Source: Klebsormidium nitens
Lineage: Eukaryota; Plantae; Klebsormidiophyceae
DNA length: 64,000 bases
Direction of reading: 5' to 3'
NCBI GenBank assembly: GCA_000708835.1
Contig: DF237033.1
Span: 1-64,000 of the forward strand
Each line of letters begins with the position of its first letter. The first letter of the stretch is position 1. Made by a program: the position numbers and the translations under genes. Positions 39,788 through 51,900 of this stretch are shown one piece after another. The notes under the pieces were generated by a model. It was not told where the DNA came from. It saw only the letters and a list, made by a program, of their open reading frames with translations, and searched no databases.

Positions 39788-42700
39788 ATGGAGGAAAGAG
39801 GCCACCACCAGAGGCACGAGAGTGAGAGGGAGCGCGAGAGAGAGGAGCGTGAACGCTATGGTGAGCCTGAGACATCTGCACTTTCGAGTACACTTGAACA
39901 ATTGAGAGAGTATGATCTGGTCAAAGATGAGCGACTGGGTGACCAGAACTCAAAATGATGAAGTCTCCAGTGGGATTCCAAATCAAATTTTCCGCCGAGT
40001 GTGAGAGTGATTATAAGGCTGAGTTGGCAGATGAGGATCGTCATTGCAGCACGGCATCTAATCAGGGCTCGAATTGTGATGCCTGTTGATCATTGTACAA
40101 AACTAAGCTAAAATTAGACCTTCAGTGCGATCCTCTTTCCCAACTTCTGCAAATGAGGCACTCCCCAACCATTTCTGGAGTGAAGACTAGACCAGCTGAT
40201 TCAGACCTTAAGCTGAGCCTGGTATCCTGGAATCAAAGGGATCCAGCCATCCATACAAGCACGATTCGAATCAAGCTTCTCAAGGGTTTATCTCCCCTGT
40301 CCAATTCAAACAAATAAAAGGCCATACGCTCACGACGTACTCAGCGTTGATCAACATACTAAGACCATTTTAGGGATTCTTCACAGGAGTTTCTACTTGA
40401 GAATCGGGAGTTGTTCCATTTGAGAAGTCAAATCAAAGCTATCATAAGAACCTTGATCTGGTTCCTGGTCTTTAGTTTGGCTCTTCTTTGTGTCCTCTGC
40501 TCAATTGACCATGTCACTCTACCTTAATTCAGCGTTTCCAAGCTCTGTTCCAAGGCATTTGCCACTGAGCATTCAGGAAAGGGGCAGTCCACAGATCTGG
40601 AAGATGTGAAACTTGTATGGTGGAGACTTTTTGAGTGCTCGCTGCTTTGACATTATCTATGCATCAGGGGATACCTGGAATCATGCGATGCAGGCCAAAA
40701 AAGATGTGAATGAATGTGATTTTCTCAAATAAATTGCTTCATCTAGGCCCGAAGAGAATTTCCCATGGAATACTTCTCCTATTTTGACTACAACATATTT
40801 GTGCTGGCTAATCATCACTTAGTAAGGAGAAAACCCTTGGCTCAGGAGCTGCGCATTCATCAACCCCCTTGCATTTCTGGCTCAGTCATTTTCCTGCAGA
40901 CTGGCCCTAGGTTATGCACAGATTATCAATTGATAGAGCCTCTTCATAATCGAGGTGTTCCCTGTGGCAGATGCTTTCTTGTTGAGGGCTTAATGTCACT
41001 CTGCAATACCACTGCTAGCGCCTGGTGATGATTGCAGGTGCCTGGGTCTGAAGACACATTCTATGGTACCTGATTCACACTCTTTTTTTCCCCCAATTAT
41101 TTCGAACATGAACACCAGCCTTTGACTATCTGATCAGTTGCATGAAAGCTAGACATATGCCTGCCTCTGTACAGGCGGCGGTGGAGGTTATGGCGGCGGT
41201 GGTTATGGAGGTCCCCAGCCTGGCGGCTATGGCGGACCGCCCCCTTCTGGTGCCAACCCTTATGGAGGGGGACCACCCCAGCCCTACGGTGGCGGCTATG
41301 GAGCCCCTCAGCAATATGGGGGAGGAGCACCTCAACCCTACGGCGGCGGTTATCAGAACACAGAGGTATGAGATTCAGGAGGCATCACCATTTCACAATT
41401 CCTGTGACAAAGTGGACTGCATGACCAGGGCTTTGGCCAAGAAGTCATGGAGTGATGACTTGTGTCTGGTCTGTGAAGCTTTCACCGGTCCAGGTTTATG
41501 CAACATTCAGTAAGTTTCTGGAGGAAAAACCTAAAAAGCACAGCAGCCTTTGTCCAGGGACTGATTACTTTTGTAGGCATGTTAGTTGTAGCCGTCTGCT
41601 TTTCAACAGCCTTTTATTGCCTGGAAAGTCGGATCTGGAACAAGAGAACACCCTAACGCAATCTGCAGCAGACATGCAATTGTCCGTTATTCATCTGGCC
41701 TTTTTATTTCCAATGAATGATGCTATGGCTTTTCAATTAAGAGAAGCTAGGATGCGCAGTAGGCTCAAAATGATTCTATTTTAGGCACTTTCTTGGCCTG
41801 CATAAGTTGAGTTGCACAACCAGAAAATCGAACGACCCCGAAGCGATCCGCTCCATTCTCAGATTGAAAGATTTCTCTGCATAAACGATTTGAACGATCC
41901 ACTGATCAGGGGACACTTCGCTAAGCACTGCAAGCTTATCGACCTGGAATGATAGAGTGCAAGTGCAGCGCACGCTCTCCGTCGAGTTCTATCGACCTTT
42001 CGATCTTGATCTAACTTAATCCTTCTCTCTTGCCAGGCGAGTGGTGGACAGTTCGCGCCTGGCAGAATGCACGAATAGCCATTTCTCCGATACCGTTCGA
42101 CCACAAAGTTATCATACAACTCAATAGATGGTGACGAAAAACGCTCCAGGAGTTTGCAGGTCGGCCGTATATTCCGGCTCCCGTTCTGAGAGCGTGTGCA
42201 ATCCCAAAAACCGGCCGGCTTCCATCGAGACGCCGACTCCTTCCTCTTCGCTCAGCGTTCACAACTCCTGCACCGGCCAGGCATACCCCAAGATGCAAAA
42301 AAACCAACATTTTCTGCTCCTGCAAGTGGTCGGAGGGTCCAACCGAGCAGAAGGAATAGACAAATCCTAGTACGAGACACTCCACATCTGAACGCTCAAC
42401 ACTGCCTTCTCTCCTGCAGGTGATTGACGGACGCAACCGGGCAGAGGGCATGTAAAGCGTACCCTTCGACGAAACAGACGAATCCCGCACCTAATTGGCC
42501 TACTCCGGTACTTAGAAGTACAGTGCGCAGGTGGTCGGTGTGCTGAACCGTGCGGAAGCAAAAATACTTACCAGTCTGAGATAGACAGTCTGCAAATCTG
42601 GCACCTATCCGGCCTGATCTGATAGTAAGACGCTCTCTGCTCGATGGCAGGTAGTCGGTGAGTTCAACTGAGCGGAACGCCTCAACTCGTACCAGTCTCA

Positions 42701-44584
42701 GACAGTTGTCGAACCCTGGACCCAGACGCTCAATGCAACGTACCCTACCTTCCCTCCTGCAGGTGGTCGGCGTATTCGACCGGGCGGGAGAATGAACACG
42801 TACCAGTCTGAGACAGTCTACCACCCCTGCTGCGGGCAGGCTCACACCGAAACTTAGGCACCGAAGTCATTTTGTCTCTTTTGCAGGTGGTCGGTGGATT
42901 CAATACGTACCGGGCAGAAGGCATGACCACGTATCGGTTTGAGACCGTCAATCCTTTGAAACAGCGCCGGGGGTACCCATAGAAGTAGTGGTTAACACCC
43001 TTGCGTCTTTTGCAGGTGGTCGGTGGATTCAACCGGGCGGAAGGCATGAACACGTACCAGTCCGAGACAGTCTACGACCCCCGCTCCGGCCAGGCCTACA
43101 CCGACACCCAGACGTTCAACAAACCGTACGGCAGCACTCAGGCGATCTACAAGGAGGAGCAGCGCCTGGAGAACCTGGAGGACGAGCCCCAGGAACAAGG
43201 AGCGCCACAACAAGATCGAGAAGATGGGGGAGCTTGGTGCGCTGGCTGGAGGCGCTGTTGCACTGGTGAGAGTAATCTCTGAGAAGACTCTAGGTTTGCA
43301 ATTTCGTGGCTGGTCCGCGCTTCGTTTCTTTGACTGCTTGCAATGGCGAGGTTCCGATCAGGTTTGAGGAGGAGAGATATGGGGCCCGAGCTCGGGCGCT
43401 GGCACGATGCGCTGCTGCGCTGGCTCGATTGGTTCCGAGCAGGTTCTTATTTTGCGGCTGTGCGGCTAGTTCGGGTTTTGTTTCTCTGCTTTCTCTTGGA
43501 TTAAACCGTATGCAGCAAAAGCCAACGAGAACGACAAGATGCAGAGCGCTTGGCGCGCTGGCAGGAGGCGCTGTTGCACTGGTGCTGATAATATTTGGGC
43601 CAACTTCAGGGTTGCGCTTTTGCGGCCGGCCAAATGTACGTTTCCGAACATACCTTCACCTTTCCAGATTCCATTTTGGAAATCGGTTCGAAAGAAGAAG
43701 ATGTAAGAGCTCAGCGCGCCATTGAGGAGGTGTTATAGTGAAATCGGTTTTGAGAAGGCGCGTTGTTTTGTGGCTTTGCAGACTAGCTTTTGAGCAGGCT
43801 CATGTGTTGCGGCTTCGTGGGCCTCGTTTTCAGCCAATCTTTTTTTCCCATTTCTCTTTGAGGAAACCTCTACGGAACCAACGAGAATCTGGAAAAGAAG
43901 TGAGCTTCGGGCGCTTGCCAGAGGCGCTATCGGTGACCGAAGAAGTTCATCCTATTCATCGTTCACCGAAGCGGTATCCTCGCCGATTCGTGTTGTTGGA
44001 GGACAGAACTCACGCATGGAGCGAAGTTGGAACCACATCTAAACGAAGTGAAACCAACATGATACCTTCATCGACTTACGTACTGTGGGAGCTTCACGCA
44101 GCCAAGGTGCACCCCGTGCCTCGGGACGCGACGAGATCGACTTAAGGGCGAATTAGAACAGAAGCTCCAAAGTTCACAGCGCTAACGTCAATTGACGCGA
44201 AGTGAGTTATTGGTGCGCGTTGGGAGCCTCACGATAAGAAGTTCGACACAGAGCAGAGTATAAACAACTCTACTCTCACTCCGTGATATTGAACCCTGCT
44301 CGCATACCCTGCTCTTGACCTTTCCTATCAGACCCTACTTTCAAACCCTACTCTTATCCAGTAAATTCAAGTTAGTTACGCCTGTGCAGTGGGAGCGTCA
44401 CGAGGAGAAGGAGGACCCCGAGCACTACGGCCGCCACAAGACGGAGGAGACCATCGCCGAAGCGGCGCTCGTCGGAGGCCTGGGCACTGCGCTGTACGAG
44501 CACCACGAGAAGAATGACGATGAGGAACGCGTTGAGAAGTACGGGAAACGCGACGAGGAGAAGAAGCACGGCTGGTTCGGTTGA
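39788..44584 (+). CDS. ASR: ASR-family (ABA/water-deficit-stress induced, ABA_WDS domain) protein with Gly/Tyr/Pro-rich N-terminal extension; 4 exons, ~235 aa if one extra base in exon 3 is removed
   Basis: Exons: 39788-39860 ([17 protein letters not shown]...), 41175-41365 ([12 protein letters not shown] repeats), 43016-43265, 44390-44584. The C-terminus [22 protein letters not shown]|[41 protein letters not shown] matches the ABA_WDS signature, and the intron sits at the position typical of plant ASR genes. A +1 frameshift is needed near GAGCCCCAGG (~43184-43193). Confidence 0.85.
42150..43015 (+). repeat. Array of ~7 acceptor-junction echoes upstream of ASR exon 3
   Basis: Copies of (py)gcag|GTGGTCGG...AACCGGGC...ACCAGTCTGAGACAG with exon-start equivalents at 42160, 42326, 42420, 42531, 42651, 42763, 42897; the real start is 43016. 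Confidence 0.92.
43266..43940 (+). repeat. Donor-junction echoes downstream of ASR exon 3
   Basis: Strong copy at 43525-43585 (acaagat...gcgcttggcgcgctggcaggaggcgctgttgcactg|gtg); weaker copies at ~43381-43425, ~43695-43740 and ~43895-43940. Confidence 0.8.
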
Positions 44585-45999
44585 GAAGTTCTCACAGTAT
44601 GTCTGCATGCTTTGTTGAAATTAAGTTAGAATGGCGCATGTTCCCCGCTGTTACGACTGAGAGCCTATTAATATTGCCCGCTTTGTGGTGAGACTTTTTG
44701 AGAAGTAGTGCCCCTATCAAACTTTTAGTAGATGTTATCACTGAGACAAGCAAAGGTTAGAGTGTCCGTAAATTTCGTTAAGTAGCTTTTACCGCCAACT
44801 TTTAGGCAGGAGTCCCGAGTTGAAATTGAGTTGCTAAGTTGAGCTTTTGTTAACGTTTTGGATGTATAGTGCGACTACTGCTGTAAGCTTTTGATCCTTG
44901 TGCAATTATACATAGCATAAAAGTGGTGAGCTTCGCTTCCGACCTGTGGAACTTTCCTTTTGAATGCTGGGCCGTCGTGTTCTTTTAAAAGCTATGATAT
45001 GCATGCAATTATGTTATGAATATTAAGTTACAGAAGTCGAATTTCGGAAGTTTCGCGATCGAGTTGACAGTATGAGGTGCGCGTACGGCTCTGTAGATCA
45101 TGACCGTCCCACTATAATGATCCAATTATACACACATGTGAACGTTTATATGTATCATTGCAAAGGTCACTGAGTCAACTTGCTTATTATTCGGCGCTAA
45201 GTCACTAACTTCAATGTAAGTTTAGCCGCTGAGATGACTCGTATACGTACGTCCAACATTTCGAGCTTATACCCGTCAAGCAGCACTTGCTGGACGTCGG
45301 GCCATCAATTAGGGCCCGGGGTTGCGATTAGTACAATTGAGCTGCTTTATAGATTATGCCAAGATTGACACAGTAGAAGTAATTGTCGCGTGACGGTCAG
45401 AGATTATTACTAAGTATTACGAAGCTACTAGATTTCATTTGTGACTGGATCATTCAAAATCAAAAAAACTCAAGCTAAACATGTGTTCATTGGAATTAGT
45501 GGGAAAAGTGAGAATAGATCAGCCGTCATATTAAAAAATGCGGGAACGATGACAACTACGACAAGCAGTCCGACGCGGCGCGGTCGCGCTTTTCAGAATA
45601 ACCTAGTTTTCGTTTTGGGGATGGTGAGACTCGTTGCAGGAGTGTCGCGTCTGCATAATTGTCAAAAGAATATCTCGGGGGCTCATGGGCTGAGTCGTCC
45701 TTGTTCTTGCAACCTGACTATAGCGGCCGGATAAAAGACCGCGTTTCCTTCATGGGTGGTGCACGGTGCGCCGCGAAACTGTGGCCCGCATGAACGACGA
45801 AGCAGAAAACTTGTGTGAGAATTATACGCATTCGCCAAGCATTCTAGCGAGCATGCAGCAAAAGTTACGGCTAGTGTCTCAATGTAATGTACATCGGCCG
45901 TTTGAGTGATTTCCAGATTGGCTGATCTCTGTGCTTCCGGCTTTCTTGCGTCCCATGTAGGCGCGACGCAGGCCCGACCCTTTGGAGCCACGGGTCTCC

Positions 46000-48900
46000 T
46001 CACACGTCCGTGACGCCATCGTTCCAGTCCCACCGCCGGTCCCTATTCACACTGAGCACCCCCCGTCGCAACCGCCCGTTCGTACTCCGCAAGTTATCAA
46101 TCAGAAGGCTCCACGTGGAGCCCATCGTGAGCACGAAGTAGTTCGCCTCACTGGACAGCATTAAATTCACGAACGCGTTTGCTGAGCTCAGCTCGCGCCC
46201 CATGCGCTTCTCGTAGTGCCACATGGGCTCCTCCCCCTGCTGACGTGGCACGTCCGTGTAGAGCATGCGCCAGCGCGCGTACGTCTGGGCTTGCGCAACG
46301 ATGTCCTGCGGGGGATGCGAGGGTTTCGGAATCTAGTTCCGCCGGAGCGAACGGAATGTCCCGCTTCGCTTCAGCCTTAGGTTCTGGCTCGTGCAATGAA
46401 TGATACCGGGGGTTTGAGAGCCCACATCATTCAACCTCCTGGGGCAAACGGAACACTTTCAAAAACCTACAAAGAGGGTTCTTGATCTAGGTCTGTCCTT
46501 GCTGTTTCGAACCACCGCGTTTCGTCGAGGTACATCCAGGATGAACGAGCCGAAGAAAGCAGTTCCATCACGAAGCAAGAATGCCGTTCTATGTGCCCTA
46601 CACCGTTCTCGCGAGTGAAGCGAAGCGTTGAAACTGAAAGATAGATCGGTTTCTGGCCTGGCCGCTCCTTTTCCATCTGCCCGAAGCTCATGGATTTGGA
46701 ATAGAATCTTGCAAGAAGTCTGGTCAGCTCGTTTACAATCAGGGTTCAATCTAACCAGGATCGAAACAACCGTGGCCATCAGCAGCCAAGGGACTGACTC
46801 TTCTCAAAATCGTACGATGCTCCCGCAGCTCTTCGTAAGGCGGACCTTTAATATCGATCCGTTAAAGTGCCTGAGATTTTCTGTCTCTTCTCACCTCCAT
46901 CTCGGTCGTCAGCAGGATGCTCGTGACGTCAGGATGATGCAACCGCACTTTCTCCGCAAGGCTCATGTAGTCCTCCAACCCGAACAGCTCCATTTCGCCC
47001 GCGCTCTTCTTGTCGCCTTGTCGTATGTGAAGCGCGATCGTCGGGCGCATCAAGTACGGCCGCCGGCGCGGCCATACCGCGGCGGCGAGCGCGGTTGGCG
47101 CGGCCGCGGGCGGTGGCTCGTCGCCCGCGCTTGAAATGATACTCTGCACGCGGTTACGGTTTTGGCTGGAATAAATGGAAATACAAACGCGACACGTGGT
47201 TTCGAAGAGGGCGTCTACTCCAAGGCTTGCTACATCCAGGCAAGAGGTATCGACTGCCCGTCACTCGCATTCCAAACACGTGGCTTTCGCGAGCGAATCC
47301 AAAGGTGGAGTTCCGGGAATCGGGTCGCCGTGTGGGAGGTCGTCCGCTTTAGCCGGTTTGTGCTTTCGGGGGACATTTTGTCGCCGTTGAAGAATCTAAA
47401 TCCAGGTTGGATCCGTGCCGTTTGCGAACCTAGGTTAGCCGCGGGTTTGGACAGAATCTTGTGAAGATGGTGGCGTTTTCGAAGCGCAGGCAGAGAATTC
47501 CAAATCGAGAAACGAGCACTGCAACTGGTACAGGCATGCTGACAATAGGGCCAGATCTCTGAGGCGCAATATATTGTTCTGCGGAATGCGCCCAAGGGGC
47601 GAAGGGGAGTTCAAGAAAGCGACTCGCAACTACTCTTAGTCTCGTTCCGCGGAGCTCGGAGCTGTCGGAGAAAAGGGGTCTAGGACATGTCGCTCCTCGA
47701 ACCGGCAATCTCAAACCTTTTTATACATGCCGAAGTTACTCAGAAGAAAGCCAGAGGAGAGTGACGTTAACAGAATCAAAAGAGGCCCACCTTAGCCTCC
47801 TCGTATCCGAACATTCGCTGCCGCTCCCGGTTCATAAGCCGGCAGAGGTACTGGCTGGGGTACCGCATGAGGTATCGGGTCGCCTGGCTCCGCCACCACC
47901 GCCGGTGCTCTTCCCCGGTCATCGTCAGCAACGCGTCACCAATCTCGATCGTCGGCACCTGGGATAGCCAGGGCTTTCCCCAAATCCTGCACACGTGAAA
48001 TTGCGTCAGCCCTTCACGACATCAAAGCCGGTGCTTTCATCGTCGGCAACCCGTCACCGATCTCAATTGTGGGCGCCTGGGACAACCAGGGCTTGCCCCA
48101 CATCCTGCATGATGACGTCATTTGAACGTCAGAAAGATCTGATGATAGAATACGAGCCGTCAGAACGCTGGTATTCTTCCCTGGTCATCGTCAGAAACTC
48201 GCACCGATCTCGATCGCCGGCGCCTGATTTACGCAGGGCTTTCCCCACATCCTGTACACGTCAGTTTGCGTCAGCCATTCTGGATTTCCAGTATCACAGC
48301 CGATGTTCTTTCCCCGTCGTCGTCAGCAAATCGTCGCAATCTCTGTCGTTAACGCCTGGGATAACCAGGAAATATTCTCAAAACCTGCACCCGTCACATT
48401 GCGCAAACCCCGACCTTCAAAACGAACGCAAAGACGAAAACGGAACGGAACACGGGACGACCCATCCAGCGGAGGAACGATGGCGCACTCTCTGGTTTGT
48501 CGGGGTTCAAATCAGCCGTACGCAGGTGGAAATGAATGAACCGAGCGGTATTTCTAGCGGAACATATGCGTAAGCATTACTATCATGTAGTAAAGTGCGG
48601 TGGGTGGTCCGTCGTGCTGTTTTCGCGGACACGCAAAGGGATAGAGCGGAACGAACAGAACTGGACGGCTTGCGGGGCTCATGTCGGGATTGCATCCGTA
48701 GGAAGCAGAAGTGCGGCGGGTTGTCCATCGTTCCTCGGAAAATTCAAATGGACGAAGAGAGAGAGCGGAGCCAACGGAACGATAAATTGAAATGTTGTCC
48801 GTCACGAACTTAGAATGCGGCGGGTGGTCCGTCAAGCTTCAAAACAAGTGACGGAACCAACGGAACGGAATGTTTTGGCGGAACTCACGTTGGAAGTTCG

Positions 48901-51900
48901 TCCGTCACAAACCAGAAGTGCGGCGGGTGGTCCGTACTAGGTACGACAGTTTCATGCGGACGGAAAGAGAGGCGAAATAGTGACGGAACGGACTGCTGGG
49001 GTAAAAATAGAGGAACAAGAGCGGAATCAACGGAACGGAACGTCCGGCGGAACTCACTTTGGGATGTCGTCCGTGACAAACCAGAAGTGCGGCGGGTGGT
49101 CCGTTAGGTCGGTGATGACCTTATTTTGCCGCGCCTCGGGATCCGCGTATAGCTGCGCGGCACGTGTCCGGCACTCGTCGCTCGTCTCAGGTGCGAAGTA
49201 GCACGACCAACGGTTCCGGTCGTCGCCTGTCGGAACGAAAAAACAAGGCATGGTGCGATCAAAGTCAGCAGCGAATTGTCTGCCGAAACAAGAGCTTGAA
49301 AGGACAATTCTGATAAACCTTCGCCACTCACTTAAGCCTCAAAACGTGATGATAAGCGGGAAACCGAGCTTTGTGCGAGCTGCTATTTAATAGGCGTTCA
49401 TGATCCTCTCACAGAAAGCGCTTCATTGAGTCAAGAGCGACCATTGCAGAGTGTGAGTTTCATCATCGTGGTATTAACTGGTGTCATTGACCGATCAGGG
49501 CTGCTTTGAATCTGAGAGGGCGCACATTCGTGCAATATCTCTCGCTAAGCGATTGCTAAGCAAGCCGCGAAGAGCAGACGCTTTGTCTTCGCTAGGCCGC
49601 AAACCTGCTTAGAGCCTGAAGGAAAGCGGCAATTTCACTCCGGCACCCGTCGTGATCCGCCCGACATAATCCGCAAACTCGACGATGCACCCCTCTGCAC
49701 TCGCCAACCTGACTTCCGAATGAAGAAATACCCTCAGACCCGAACTGTGATTGGAATCCTCAAAACTTTTCAATGATTGGGATTGGAACTCTAGGCCCTC
49801 ACCTCGGCAACCGTCGTGGTCCGCTCGGTCATAGTTCGCGACAACAACAATGCGCCCCTCTGCACTCGCCAACCTGACTTCCGAATGAAGAATACCCCTC
49901 ACACCCGAACTGTAACCTGAATCCTGAAAAGTCTGGAAAAGCTCAGAACGAAAGCCTGGACCTTTACCTCGGCAACCGTCGTGGTCCGCTCGGTCATAGT
50001 CCGCAAACACGACGATGCGCCCCTCTGCAATCATCTTCCCAAACACGCCCTCCGCCGCTTGAATCTGCGCGCCGGTTCCGTAGTGGTACTCTTCCGCGTC
50101 GAAGAACTTGAGGTAAAAGAACCTGCCGGCAGATCACGGAGATTTGAGATGGCCGGAATCCTGTCGCAGCCGTTCAACCTTCACGTAAGCAATCCAGTCT
50201 GCAATTTTAGTCTCCAGCAGAATGGTCAAGTCGGGACAGGGTGTCGAATGTAGTTTGGGTCAAAGTTGGCGAAAATGGTCAAAAGGAAGGAGTCGCAAGC
50301 GTTTGTGATTTAACCTCGAAAGATGAAACGTAAAGACGAGAATTGTGCTGTTCCAAAGCCACTTGCATGATTTGCGGTTTACTTACCTGAGGTTCGGGTC
50401 GTTGCAGTCCCGCGGGTGCTGGTGCATCCACAGGTCTCGTTGCACGCGCCGCGTTAGCACCATGTTGTCCTCGTCCGCGCCCACAATCTGCGGGGTTTGT
50501 TTTGTGGTTAAAGTCGGTTCACGTGGGTTTGTTTTGGGTTCATGGGTTCAGCATACTAGAGCTCAAGCACTTATCGATTTTAGCTTTAGCGTTGCTGGTG
50601 CATCCACAGGTCTCGTTGCACGCGCCGCGTCAAAACCATGGTGTCCTCATCCGCGCCCGCAACCCGCGAAGATCCCGTAGGCGGGTTTAGGTTGCGTCAA
50701 TCCTAGCCACTCGCAACCCGTTAGATTACGTGTGATTCCTTCAGGTGATGGGGCATTTACCCGCAATAAGCTAGCTCTTTTTCGTCCTCGACAGGCCAGC
50801 CAACGTTTGTTCCTCAAACCTGAGCTCTATCTGACACGATCACCGCGCTATCGCGTGAAAGACGTTCATCAGGGAAAGTTCACCGGGTGAAGAAACCGAC
50901 TCAGGACTGCTTGCTAAAAGTTCCCGGTTTCGTACTTACTCAAGGAAGAAAGGGTCTCGAAGTGGTGGGAACCCAATAAGCTCCTCGTTATGAGGAATCC
51001 ACTCGGCAATTGTTCGTCAAACCAAAGCTGTATGAATGTGACCAACTTTGTGCTATTGTTTGAAACCGAAGAACGGGCATCTCACACATCTTGAACAAAT
51101 TGTCTTAACGTCGCCTCAAACTCCGCCCAGAAACGCCACGAACTGCTTAGCTGTGCCTGGTGAAGATCTTATCCAGGGGGAAAACCGCCCCGAAATCGTT
51201 GGACGCGATTATGCGCTCTCCACTTCGATACACTCACCCTTTGTCCGTCAATCTTGAGGTCTATCAAGCAACCTACCACTCTAAACTGACAACCGGGCAC
51301 CGAATGACGGAATCGCCTGCCAAAAGTGGCCGGTGAGATTCTTACCCAGGGGGGAAACGGCCCCGAAATGGTTGGACGCAGCAAAATTGAGCTCTTCATT
51401 CGGATTGACTCGAGCACCCTTCGTCCGTCAATTCTAGGCTGTATGTATCACACGATCACTCTGAAGTGGCAACCGAGCACTCCTAGTGAGAATCTCGTCT
51501 CCAAACTGCCCGCCAAAAGCGGCCGGTGAGGTTCTTACCCAGGGGGGAAAGGGCCCCGAAATGGTGGGGCGCAGCCCAATAAGCTCATCGGTGCGATCAA
51601 CCCAGCCCGTGCTTTCCGGGTCAGTCAAGCGGTTCATCCGGAAATCGATCTCGCCCGACCACTGCGACCAAAGGGGCGGGGAGCCGTCTGCTTGTCGCCT
51701 GTCGTTGAACCTGAAAAAAACGAAGGGAAAGAAGGTTGAGATGTGTACCGCGAGCTACATGTGTAGAGCTTTTGCGATGGAAGATCACACGGTTACCGTT
51801 GGATGGAGAGCCTGAAGAGAGGCAGAGACATGTGTCCAGTATTGTGCAAAGCCGTTCTATCCGGAAGTTGGCGTCCAGAAACTTCCAACCTCAAGTTTCA

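Noticed and set aside
41142-41513. Plus [11 protein letters not shown]... as a standalone protein
   Set aside because: It is an alternative frame over the Gly/Tyr-rich ASR exon 2.
51797-51811. Possible 15-nt micro-exon (phase 2-2, RLSIQR) in FUT-like intron 2
   Set aside because: The splice signals are plausible, but exon 2 joins exon 3 in frame without it and the spacing to recalled homologues fits better without it. It needs RNA evidence.
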